A program made the translations under genes and the position numbers. Source: Candidatus Phycocordibacter aenigmaticus (GTDB taxonomy: Bacteria > Patescibacteriota > Minisyncoccia > Phycocordibacterales > UBA2163). From it: 41,313 bases of DNA. Below, in pieces: positions 21,164 to 29,356 of this stretch. The stretch covers positions 21,097-62,409 of the forward strand of contig DCWL01000010.1 of NCBI GenBank assembly GCA_002327585.1, in the 5' to 3' direction. The notes under the pieces were generated by a model. The model searched no databases. It saw only the letters and a list, made by a program, of their open reading frames with translations, and was not told where the DNA came from. The stretch's first letter is position 1. Each line of letters opens with the position of its first letter.

Positions 21164-22566
21164 TTAAAATAGAAGAACTAAATATTCAAAGTGCTCATAA
21201 TCATCTTGTCAATGGTGATTTTTCTGCTGTTGATTTGGTGAAAGAGTGTATTAGAAATATTGATGAAAAAAATAAAGATATTAATGCATATTTGGAAGTT
21301 TACGAGGATGTTTTGAAACAGGCAAGATGTGCAGATGAGAGAATAAAGAATAAGGAAAATGTAACCGAACTTACAGGCATTCCGATAGCGCTAAAAGATA
21401 ATATTTTAAATGAAGAAAAAAAAGTTTCGGCGGCGTCTAAAATTCTTGAAAATTATAGAGCTACATATGATGCTACAGTTGTAAAAAAGCTAAAAGATGC
21501 AGGAGTAGTATTTACAGGACGCACTAATATGGATGAGTTTGCAATGGGCTCATCTACAGAGAACTCTGCATTTGGGGTTACAAAAAATCCTCATGACACA
21601 AAACGCACTCCAGGCGGTTCATCCGGCGGTTCGGCGGCGGCAGTCTCAATCGGCGGTGCTATAGCGTCTCTTGGTTCCGACACAGGCGGCTCTGTTCGCC
21701 AGCCAGCAAGTTTTTGCGGAGTTGTGGGGCTCAAACCGACATATGGAGCCGTTTCAAGGTATGGACTAATCGCAATGGGCTCGTCACTTGACCAAATTGG
21801 GCCCATGGGAAGGACTGTCAGCGATGTTGAGATAATGTTTAATGCCATAAAAGGGAAAGACGAAATGGACAGTACATCAGCACCAGATAAGCAGGAAAAT
21901 AAAAAACTAGATGGAAAAATGAAAATAGGAGTCCCTATGCATTTTATGGATGGCATTGATGAGGATGTGCTTGAAAATTTCAATCAATCTGTTGAAAAAT
22001 TTAAATCATTGGAATATGAAATAAAAGAAATCACTTTGCCGAACGTCAAATACTCGCTTGCCGTGTATTATATTCTTATGCCGGCCGAAGCGTCCACAAA
22101 TCTCGCTCGTTTTGACGGCGTCAAATACGGTCTTCATAAAGACGGCAAATCTCTTATAGAAGATTATTTTGAGACGCGAGAAGACGGTTTTGGCACAGAA
22201 ACAAAAAGGAGAATCATGCTTGGAACATATGTACTCTCGTCGGGATATTATGACGCGTACTATAACAAGGCAAATGCTGTTCGTAATCTTATCAGATCTG
22301 ATTTTGACAAAGCGTTTGCCGATGTTGATGCTATTTTGACGCCTACATCACCGACACCGGCATTTGAGATTGGAAAGAAAAGTGACCCTCTTTCAATGTA
22401 TCTCTCTGATATCTTTACCGTACAGGCGAATTTGACAGGCATGCCGGCGCTTTCTATTCCGTCAGGGATTGTGTCCCGCGACGGCAAAGAACTTCCGGTA
22501 GGGCTGCAGCTTATAACACCTCACGGCAGAGAAGACATTTTGTTTGAAATCGGTAAAAAATTATGA
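21160..22566 (+). CDS. gatA: Asp/Glu-tRNA amidotransferase subunit A (amidase signature)
   Basis: 468-aa ORF. GIPIALKDNI; amidase signature GGSSGGSAAAV...GSDTGGSVRQPA. Confidence 0.93.
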   Translation: MIKIEELNIQSAHNHLVNGDFSAVDLVKECIRNIDEKNKDINAYLEVYEDVLKQARCADERIKNKENVTELTGIPIALKDNILNEEKKVSAASKILENYRATYDATVVKKLKDAGVVFTGRTNMDEFAMGSSTENSAFGVTKNPHDTKRTPGGSSGGSAAAVSIGGAIASLGSDTGGSVRQPASFCGVVGLKPTYGAVSRYGLIAMGSSLDQIGPMGRTVSDVEIMFNAIKGKDEMDSTSAPDKQENKKLDGKMKIGVPMHFMDGIDEDVLENFNQSVEKFKSLEYEIKEITLPNVKYSLAVYYILMPAEASTNLARFDGVKYGLHKDGKSLIEDYFETREDGFGTETKRRIMLGTYVLSSGYYDAYYNKANAVRNLIRSDFDKAFADVDAILTPTSPTPAFEIGKKSDPLSMYLSDIFTVQANLTGMPALSIPSGIVSRDGKELPVGLQLITPHGREDILFEIGKKL

Positions 22567-23126
22567 AAGAACTTACATTTATAAACTTAGAATATTTTTA
22601 TCTTAAAATATTAGAGTGCTTAACCGGCTCATGCGGGATTAATGGTGCAAGCATAATAGAATTTTTAGAAAGAATAAAGCCGATTTCAACAATTCTTACT
22701 CTGATTTTTCTTGCAGGCATAATTTATTGTATTATAAGAATTCGCCAGATTAGAAGGGAAGAGGTAAAAGAGCTTGGGAAAATCATAGTCGCAAAAGGAA
22801 CAGAAGAGAAGAAAAGAGAAAAATGGAACCAGCTTGTTGATCTTGTCTCATCCGACAATCAAAACGACTGGAGGCTTGCAATCATTGAGGCTGATACAAT
22901 ACTTGATGATATGGTAACGACCATGGGATATAAAGGAGAAGGGATTGGCGAAAAATTAAAGCAGATTGAGAAAAGCGACTTCAATACACTCGATCAGGCA
23001 TGGGATGCGCATAAAGTACGAAACACAATAGCGCATGGCGGGTCTAATTATGTTCTTACGCAAAGAGAAGCACGTCGCGTTATTGGTCTGTACAAGCAGG
23101 TTTTCGAAGAGTTTGAGTTTATATAA
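22563..23126 (+). CDS. hypothetical membrane-anchored protein with HEPN-like R-x4-H motif
   Basis: 187-aa ORF overlapping the gatA stop by 4 nt. TM (ISTILTLIFLAGIIYCII), then an alpha-helical-looking domain ending in AWDAHKVRNTIAHG (R153-H158, nt 23019-23036). Confidence 0.7.
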   Translation: MKELTFINLEYFYLKILECLTGSCGINGASIIEFLERIKPISTILTLIFLAGIIYCIIRIRQIRREEVKELGKIIVAKGTEEKKREKWNQLVDLVSSDNQNDWRLAIIEADTILDDMVTTMGYKGEGIGEKLKQIEKSDFNTLDQAWDAHKVRNTIAHGGSNYVLTQREARRVIGLYKQVFEEFEFI

Positions 23127-23134
23127 TTTAGAAC

Positions 23135-23163
23135 TTGAATTTCATCAATATTTGATGTATCAT
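23135..23163 (+). promoter_or_regulatory. sigma70-type promoter for the tRNA-like gene
   Basis: TTGAAT (23135-23140), 17-nt spacer, TATCAT (23158-23163). The predicted start is a few nt before 23174. Confidence 0.5.
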
Positions 23164-23173
23164 TACGCTTTGC

Positions 23174-23244
23174 AGCGGAGTGGAGAAGTAGTATCTCGGG
23201 AGGCTCATAACCTCCAGACGTCAGTGCAATTCTGGCCTCCGCAA
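23174..23244 (+). tRNA. atypical initiator-like tRNA (anticodon CAU)
   Basis: 71-nt fold: acceptor AGCGGAG/CTCCGCA with an A1xA72 mismatch; D stem GAGA/TCTC (A11:U24); 7-nt D loop AGTAGTA without GG; anticodon stem GGAGG/CCTCC with loop CTCATAA; 4-nt variable region; T stem GTCAG/CTGGC with loop TGCAATT. Confidence 0.5.
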
Positions 23245-23256
23245 CAAGAACAAAAT

Positions 23257-23282
23257 AAAAACGTACCACGTGGTACGTTTTT
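23257..23282 (+). terminator. Rho-independent terminator after the tRNA-like gene
   Basis: Near-perfect palindrome AAAAACGTACCACGTGGTACGTTTTT followed by a T-rich tract. Confidence 0.7.
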
Positions 23283-23336
23283 GTTTGAAATTTATTGAAT
23301 TTTAGCGATAAAAATGGTATTTTTTTAGTACTTAAT

Positions 23337-23410
23337 GTCGGCGTAGCTCAGTTGGTTAGAGCGTGGGACTCATAAACCCAAGGTCGGAGGTTCGACTCCT
23401 CCCGTCGACA
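23337..23410 (+). tRNA. elongator-type tRNA with CAU anticodon (tRNA-Met, or lysidine-type tRNA-Ile2)
   Basis: Acceptor GTCGGCG/CGTCGAC (G1-C72 paired), D arm GCTC-AGTTGGTTA-GAGC, anticodon stem TGGGA/ACCCA with an A31xA39 mismatch, loop CTCATAA, T arm GGAGG-TTCGACT-CCTCC. Confidence 0.8.
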
Positions 23411-23450
23411 CAAGACAATCCCTTTATTTTCTGGTAGAATGTTTTTTCAT

Positions 23451-23525
23451 GGGCGCGTAGTGTAGCTTGGTTAACATACCTCCCTGTCACGGAGAAGATC
23501 GCCGGTTCAAATCCGGTCGCGCCCG
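23451..23525 (+). tRNA. tRNA-Asp, anticodon GUC
   Basis: Acceptor GGGCGCG/CGCGCCC, anticodon loop CTGTCAC, T arm GCCGG-TTCAAAT-CCGGT, discriminator G. Confidence 0.88.
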
Positions 23526-23546
23526 CAAAAAAGAAATCTATAATAT

Positions 23547-24683
23547 CTAAACCACTTTTCTTTTAATAAAAGGATTTATTGTTGTTAGTATCTCATAATT
23601 GATTGTCCCGGCAGTCTCAGCCAAGTCATCAGCGCTAAGCTTCTCATTTTTACTTTTACCTATTATAGTCACAGTATCTCCGATTTTTATATCTCCTCCG
23701 TCGCATTCAACAATAGTCAAATCCATAGAAACTCTACCTATAATCCTGCATCTTTTTCCTCTTATAAGCATCTGCCCTTTGCGTGAGAAACTCATAGAAA
23801 GTCCGTGCCAATAGCCGATTGGCACAATTGCAACAGTAGTATCCTTTTTTAGTTTTTCCGATAAATCGTACCCGACAAAATTACCCTTTTTTAATCTCTT
23901 AACCTCGCTCACTTTTGTTTTCCAACTCAATGCCGACTTTAATAGTAAGTCCTTTTTTGTGATTAATGTATGCTGTACAAGGCTTTCTTTACTTGGCCAA
24001 TAACCGTATAGCCCTATGCCGATTCGCACCATATCAAAATGTGTCTGCGGATAAAGGATTGCTCCGCCAGTCGCACATGCTGAGAATAGAATTTTTTTAA
24101 AGCCGGCTTTTTGAAACATTTTTCTCACTGTCTTAAACTCTTCAATCTGCCTGTTTGTATAATCCGGATAGCCAACATCTTTTGCAGATGCAAAATGCGT
24201 ATAAACCCCTTTCAGATTATCTCTAAGTCCTTTCTTCTTTATAAAGTCAATAACTTTCTTCGAATCCTTTACAAAGAAACCCTGCCTGTGCATTCCGGTA
24301 TCAACTTTTATATAAAAATCAGGGGACTTCTTTGCCCGAGATATTTGTTTAAGTGATTCAAAAGTTGAGATAGTAATCTCCAGATTGTTTTTCACAGCAA
24401 GTTCAAAGTCAAATCTTGTCAGCGTAGGCCCTAAAACAATAATCGGCTTTTTGATTTTGATATCACGCAGTGTTTCTCCCTCATAGACGCTGTCAACACA
24501 AAAACCGTCAACCCTACTATTTGCTATCAGTGAGAATTCTCTCAAAGCGTGACCATATGCATTTGATTTTACAACGGCATAGAGCTTTGGTTTTTTCTTT
24601 AAGACTCTGCGAATTGTTTTGATATTAGAAAGTATCGCTTTTTTATCAATTTCAACCCATGTTTTGAGATTTGGTTTTTTCAT
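23547..24683 (-). CDS. alr: alanine racemase
   Basis: Start moved to the ATG at 24683 (MKKPNLKTWVEID...), because the longer track ORF runs antisense over tRNA-Thr. PLP-lysine motif AVVKSNAYGHA; C-terminal beta-barrel domain. Confidence 0.88.
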   Translation of the reverse strand: MKKPNLKTWVEIDKKAILSNIKTIRRVLKKKPKLYAVVKSNAYGHALREFSLIANSRVDGFCVDSVYEGETLRDIKIKKPIIVLGPTLTRFDFELAVKNNLEITISTFESLKQISRAKKSPDFYIKVDTGMHRQGFFVKDSKKVIDFIKKKGLRDNLKGVYTHFASAKDVGYPDYTNRQIEEFKTVRKMFQKAGFKKILFSACATGGAILYPQTHFDMVRIGIGLYGYWPSKESLVQHTLITKKDLLLKSALSWKTKVSEVKRLKKGNFVGYDLSEKLKKDTTVAIVPIGYWHGLSMSFSRKGQMLIRGKRCRIIGRVSMDLTIVECDGGDIKIGDTVTIIGKSKNEKLSADDLAETAGTINYEILTTINPFIKRKVV

Positions 24684-24745
24684 ATATAGCAATACTATAC
24701 CATACCAAAAAGTGAGAAATTGCGATATACTTTGCTTTATCAAAT

Positions 24746-24818
24746 GCCGTCCTAGCTCAGTTGGTAGAGCATTCCCATGGTAAGGGAAAGGTCGTCGGTT
24801 CAATCCCGACGGACGGCT
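24746..24818 (+). tRNA. tRNA-Thr, anticodon GGU
   Basis: Acceptor GCCGTCC/GGACGGC, anticodon stem TTCCC/GGGAA with loop ATGGTAA, T arm GTCGG-TTCAATC-CCGAC. Confidence 0.88.
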
Positions 24819-24824
24819 CCAGAA

Positions 24825-24897
24825 GCCACCTTAGCTCAGTTGGCAGAGCGACGCACTCGTAACGCGTAGGTCCCCAGTTCAATCCTGGGAGGTGGCT
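24825..24897 (+). tRNA. tRNA-Thr, anticodon CGU
   Basis: Acceptor GCCACCT/AGGTGGC, anticodon loop CTCGTAA, T arm CCCAG-TTCAATC-CTGGG. Ends 1 nt before the prfB ATG. Confidence 0.88.
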
Positions 24898-24898
24898 C

Positions 24899-25774
24899 AT
24901 GAAAAAGAATATAAAACAAAAAATCAAAGAGTTTGAAGAGGCTATGCAAGCCCCTGATTTTTGGGAAGACAGAAAAAAAGCTCAGGCGATAATCAAGGAA
25001 TTAAATGAGCTTAAAGCAGAGGCAGAAGATGGAGGAAAATACGACAGTTCAAACGCAATTGTCACTATCTTTTCAGGAGCTGGGGGCGACGATGCAGAGG
25101 ATTTCTCGGCGATGCTTTTTTCTATGTATCGGAAATTTGCTGAAAATAAAAATTGGCAAATATATATCCTGCATAAAAATGAAAATGACCACGGAGGATA
25201 CAGAAATATTACATTTGAAGTTTTAGGGAAAGGCTCATACGGAATACTCAAGAATGAATCAGGTGTTCATCGGCTTGTGCGTGTCTCGCCTTTTTCTGCA
25301 AAGAAGCTCCGCCACACATCTTTTTCAATGGTTGAAGTTGTGCCGCATCTTCCCAAACTGGCTGAAATTGAGATTCCGAAAGAGGATATTGAAATTGGGT
25401 TTGCACGCTCAAGTGGGCCCGGAGGCCAGAATGTAAACAAGCGCGAAACAGCGGTGCGCATAGTTCACAGACAAACAGGTATTTCAGTTCATGTGGATGG
25501 AGAGCGCTCTCAGGCACAGAACAAGGAAAAAGCGATAGAGCTTCTTAAAGGTAAACTCTTCAAAAAGCGTGGAGAAGATAGGAAAGCTCAGGAAAAAGGA
25601 CTCTCAGTAAGCAAAACTACAAGTATTCAGTGGGGCAATCAGATCCGCTCATATGTTCTGCATCCGTACAAAATGGTAAAAGACCACAGGACTGGGATAG
25701 AAGTTCGTGATGTTGAGAAGGTGTTGGACGGGGATATAGAGCGATTTATAGACGCGGAGAGAAATTTAGAGTAA
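24899..25774 (+). CDS. prfB: peptide chain release factor 2, short form, no programmed frameshift
   Basis: 291-aa uninterrupted ORF. SPF tripeptide (RVSPFSA), GGQ motif (SGPGGQNVNK). N-terminal domain is about 65 aa shorter than in E. coli RF2. Confidence 0.88.
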   Translation: MKKNIKQKIKEFEEAMQAPDFWEDRKKAQAIIKELNELKAEAEDGGKYDSSNAIVTIFSGAGGDDAEDFSAMLFSMYRKFAENKNWQIYILHKNENDHGGYRNITFEVLGKGSYGILKNESGVHRLVRVSPFSAKKLRHTSFSMVEVVPHLPKLAEIEIPKEDIEIGFARSSGPGGQNVNKRETAVRIVHRQTGISVHVDGERSQAQNKEKAIELLKGKLFKKRGEDRKAQEKGLSVSKTTSIQWGNQIRSYVLHPYKMVKDHRTGIEVRDVEKVLDGDIERFIDAERNLE

Positions 25775-25784
25775 AATAAAAGAC

Positions 25785-26465
25785 ATGATTTATTTTGATC
25801 AGGTTTCAAAAATCTACAATGGAGGATCTATAGCACTTGATGACGTGACTCTCTCAATCGCCCCTAAAGAATTCATATCAATAGTCGGACACTCAGGCGC
25901 CGGCAAGACAACTCTCCTTAAAATGCTTCTTGCAGAAGAGCGACCGTCTCGCGGCGGTGTTTTTTTTGAATCTACTGATGTTCATGGTCTTCCTAAGCTG
26001 GGTCTCAATAATTTCAGAAGGCGCATAGGGACGGTATTTCAGGATTTTAGGCTTTTGCCGAATAAGACTGCATATGAAAATATAGCATTTGCAATGGAGG
26101 CCGCAGGAAGATCGGATGGCGAGATAGAATCCGATGTGCCCCATGTATTGGACCTTGTTGACCTGGAAGATAAGATGTGGAATTTTCCGCGCGAACTCTC
26201 CGGTGGCGAGCGTCAGAGAGTTGCAATAGCCCGAGCCATTGTGAATCAACCTGACATCGTGATTGCCGATGAGCCAACCGGAAATCTTGACCCGATAAAC
26301 ACATATGAAGTTGTACAGATTCTTAAGAAAATTAATAATCTCGGAACAATGGTAATCCTTACAACGCACAATAAGGGTGTGATTGATTCAGTTGGTGGAA
26401 GAGTCATAACTATGGACAATGGAAAAGTAGTGCGTGATGACAAAAAAGGAAAGTACGCGCTATAA
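25785..26465 (+). CDS. ftsE: cell division ATP-binding protein FtsE
   Basis: 226-aa ABC ATPase. Walker A GHSGAGKTT, signature LSGGERQR, Walker B IVIADEP. Followed by ftsX. Confidence 0.9.
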   Translation: MIYFDQVSKIYNGGSIALDDVTLSIAPKEFISIVGHSGAGKTTLLKMLLAEERPSRGGVFFESTDVHGLPKLGLNNFRRRIGTVFQDFRLLPNKTAYENIAFAMEAAGRSDGEIESDVPHVLDLVDLEDKMWNFPRELSGGERQRVAIARAIVNQPDIVIADEPTGNLDPINTYEVVQILKKINNLGTMVILTTHNKGVIDSVGGRVITMDNGKVVRDDKKGKYAL

Positions 26466-26482
26466 TTTAAATAAAGGACAGT

Positions 26483-27412
26483 ATGATTTGGATAAACATA
26501 AAAAGAATAATAAAATCGGGATTTGTAAGTTTTTGGAGAAACAGCGTTGTTTCTTTTGCGTCAATCCTTGTGATGACGATGACGCTTTTTGTGCTCGGTT
26601 CGATTTTATTTGTCGGTGCAACACTTGAAGCATCACTTAATCAAATACGCAATAAAGTTGATATAAATGTATATTTTGTTACAGAAGCGCCAGAAGAGGA
26701 TATTTTATCTCTCAGAGACTCACTTGAATCACTTCCGGAGATCTCCTCCATTGAATATGTTTCGCGGGAGGAAGCGCTGTTTCGCTTCCGAGCGCGGCAT
26801 GAAAACGACCAGCTTACTCTTCAGGCGCTTGATGAATTGGGAGAGAATCCACTGGGTGCAAATTTAAATATTAAAGCAAAAGAGACCTCGCAGTATGAAG
26901 GCATTGCTGAGTTTCTGGAGGACGAAAGCGCTCTCTCAACCGCAGAGGGCACACCGATAATAGACAAGGTGAATTATTTCCAGAATAAAAACGCAATAGA
27001 CAAATTAACGAGAATCATTGATTCGTCGGAGACATTCAGCTTTATCATAATTGCAATTCTTGTTATTGCATCAATTATCATCACTTTCAACACAATCCGT
27101 CTTGCCATCTATACTTCAAAAGACGAAATTTCCGTAATGAAGCTGGTAGGAGCGAGCAACTCGTACATTCGTGGCCCGTTTGTCTTTGAAGGTATAATGT
27201 ACGGCGTAGTCTCGGCAATAATTACCCTGATACTATTTTATCCAATGACTATCTGGCTGGGGCCCTTGACAGAGAATTTCTTCAGCGATATAAATCTGTT
27301 TGATTATTATATAGACCAATTCTCAAAAATCTTCTTTATAGTTCTGGGCTCGGGAGTTATTTTGGGAGCTGTCTCAAGCTATCTTGCTGTCAGGAAATAC
27401 TTGAGAAAATGA
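26483..27412 (+). CDS. ftsX: cell division permease-like protein FtsX
   Basis: 309-aa ORF. TM1, a large extracytoplasmic loop, then three C-terminal TMs (FtsX fold). Synteny with ftsE. Confidence 0.88.
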   Translation: MIWINIKRIIKSGFVSFWRNSVVSFASILVMTMTLFVLGSILFVGATLEASLNQIRNKVDINVYFVTEAPEEDILSLRDSLESLPEISSIEYVSREEALFRFRARHENDQLTLQALDELGENPLGANLNIKAKETSQYEGIAEFLEDESALSTAEGTPIIDKVNYFQNKNAIDKLTRIIDSSETFSFIIIAILVIASIIITFNTIRLAIYTSKDEISVMKLVGASNSYIRGPFVFEGIMYGVVSAIITLILFYPMTIWLGPLTENFFSDINLFDYYIDQFSKIFFIVLGSGVILGAVSSYLAVRKYLRK

Positions 27413-29091
27413 AAAATAAAAATTATAAGCATATATTCATTGTCGGCGGTGTTATGTCAGGCGTCGGCAAGGGCATCGCTGCGTCCTCTATCGCCAAAAT
27501 CCTGCAATCCAGAGGTTTCAGAGTGACTGCGATTAAGATTGACCCGTATGTGAATGTGGATGCGGGCACGATGAATCCGACGGAGCATGGCGAAGTGTTT
27601 GTGCTGGGTGACGGCATGGAGTGCGATCAGGATATGGGGAATTATGAAAGATTTCTTGATACAGATCTGACGAGAGCAAATTACATGACAACAGGAAGCG
27701 TGTATCTCTCTGTCATAAACAGAGAAAGAAATCTTGGCTACAAAGGAAAGTTTGTCAGCGTTGTGCCGTATATTCCCATGGAAGTGATACGGCGTCTTGA
27801 TAATGCCGCGAGAGTAAATAAAGTGGATATTGTAATTACGGAAATTGGCGGTACGGCCGGCGAATATGAAAACCTTCTGTTTCTTGAGGCGGTAAAAATG
27901 CTCAAAATCAAACAGCCAAAAGATGTCGCCGTTATCCTTGTGAGTTTTCTTCCGCTTCTTGATAAGGATAATGAAATCAAAACAAAACCGACACAGCACG
28001 CGGTACGCGCGCTAAATGAAGCCGGCATTCAGCCAGATATTATTTTAGCGCGTGCAAATGTTCCGATAGACAAAAAAAGAAGGGATAAACTCGCTTTTCA
28101 CTGCAGTATCAGCAAAGAAGATGTAGTTCCCGCACCAAATGTCAAAAGCATATATGACGTGCCGCTGAATTTTGAAAAGGCAAACTTAAGCAGCAATCTT
28201 TTGGGGAAGATAGACCTGCGTCCTCGTCGGAGGGATATGAAGAACTGGAAGCAATTTGTCCGCAAAATACATTCATCCGTAAAGCCGGTGCGTATTGGTA
28301 TTGTCGGGAAATATTTCGCTACAGGAGGATATACACTGTCTGATTCATATATTTCAGTCATAGAGGCGATAAAACACTCGGCATATCATATGAAGCACGA
28401 ACCAGTGATTGAGTGGTTGAACTCTGAGGATTTTGAGAAAAGAAATGAACTGAAGGATCTTAAAAAATTTGACGGAATTATAGTTCCCGGCGGTTTCGGT
28501 AAAAGAGGCATAAAAGGAAAGCTTGATGTAATAAAATATGTGCGTGAAAACAAAATTCCATTTTTCGGGCTTTGCTACGGAATGCAGCTTGCCGTGGTTG
28601 AATATGCGTTGAATGTTTTGAAACTCAAAGATGCAACGACGGGAGAGATAAATCCAAATGCAAGACATAAAGTCATTGATGTAATGAAAGACCAGAAAGA
28701 GAAACTGACAAAGAGTAATTACGGAGGAACGATGCGTCTCGGCTCATATTTGGCACGCTTGAAAAAAGATACGATTGCGCATAAGGCATACAGAGTGAAC
28801 AAGATTTCAGAGAGGCATAGACATCGCTATGAAGTCAATCCCAAATATATTGAAAAATTAAGCCGAGCAGGTTTAGTATTCTCTGGAATCTCACCTGACA
28901 AGAGACTGATGGAGATAGCTGAGCTTCCAAAAAACAAGCATCCGTTTTTTGTAGGAGTACAGTTTCATCCCGAATTTCAAGCTCGTCCGCTCTCTCCGCA
29001 TCCGCTTTTTACAGAGTTTATCAAGACATGTATTAAGATGCGAAAAAAGGTCGTTCCTCGTGTAGCAAAGCGGAAAGAAGTGCGACCTTGA
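27409..29091 (+). CDS. pyrG: CTP synthase
   Basis: 560-aa ORF. N-terminal synthetase motif IFIVGGVMSGVGKGI, GATase domain with GLCYGMQL and HRHRYEVN. ATGA overlap with ftsX. Confidence 0.95.
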   Translation: MKNKNYKHIFIVGGVMSGVGKGIAASSIAKILQSRGFRVTAIKIDPYVNVDAGTMNPTEHGEVFVLGDGMECDQDMGNYERFLDTDLTRANYMTTGSVYLSVINRERNLGYKGKFVSVVPYIPMEVIRRLDNAARVNKVDIVITEIGGTAGEYENLLFLEAVKMLKIKQPKDVAVILVSFLPLLDKDNEIKTKPTQHAVRALNEAGIQPDIILARANVPIDKKRRDKLAFHCSISKEDVVPAPNVKSIYDVPLNFEKANLSSNLLGKIDLRPRRRDMKNWKQFVRKIHSSVKPVRIGIVGKYFATGGYTLSDSYISVIEAIKHSAYHMKHEPVIEWLNSEDFEKRNELKDLKKFDGIIVPGGFGKRGIKGKLDVIKYVRENKIPFFGLCYGMQLAVVEYALNVLKLKDATTGEINPNARHKVIDVMKDQKEKLTKSNYGGTMRLGSYLARLKKDTIAHKAYRVNKISERHRHRYEVNPKYIEKLSRAGLVFSGISPDKRLMEIAELPKNKHPFFVGVQFHPEFQARPLSPHPLFTEFIKTCIKMRKKVVPRVAKRKEVRP

Positions 29092-29126
29092 GGAGCGTTT
29101 AATAAATATGATAATATCGCTAATAT

Positions 29127-29197
29127 TGCCGGATCGTCTAATGGTAGGACACATGCCTCTGGAGCATGGTATCTTGGTTCGAGTCCAAGTCCGGCAG
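29127..29197 (+). tRNA. tRNA-Gln, anticodon CUG
   Basis: Acceptor TGCCGGA/TCCGGCA (U1-A72), anticodon stem CATGC/GCATG with loop CTCTGGA, T arm CTTGG-TTCGAGT-CCAAG, discriminator G. Confidence 0.85.
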
Positions 29198-29356
29198 CAG
29201 CAATAAAACTCGCTCCATCTTTAGTAAATTTTTGGCGTGCGGCACGAAGCATGCGTCCGTCTCTGGCGGACGCTACAATTGGCAAAACGCCGAATTTAGA
29301 AAAATACAAGGATAACTCTTGGTTTTTTATTTTTTTAAAATGGTATACTTATAATC

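Noticed and set aside
23035-23298. 87-aa (+) and 73-aa (-) ORFs in the gap after the gatA-coupled gene.
   Set aside because: The region is better explained by a promoter, a tRNA-like cloverleaf (23174-23244) and a palindromic terminator. The ORFs run straight through these RNA structures.
24684-24803. 40-codon N-terminal extension of the alanine racemase ORF.
   Set aside because: The extension is antisense to tRNA-Thr(GGU) and its upstream region. The conserved racemase sequence starts at the internal ATG (24683).
24899-25774. Programmed +1 frameshift site (CTT TGA C) expected in prfB.
   Set aside because: The RF2 reading frame is continuous from ATG to stop, and no in-frame TGA occurs near the 5' end.
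28977-29309. 110-aa minus-strand ORF spanning the pyrG end, tRNA-Gln and the GC-rich spacer.
   Set aside because: It overlaps a confidently folded tRNA and the pyrG 3' end, and it has no motif. The open frame is probably a by-product of local GC richness.
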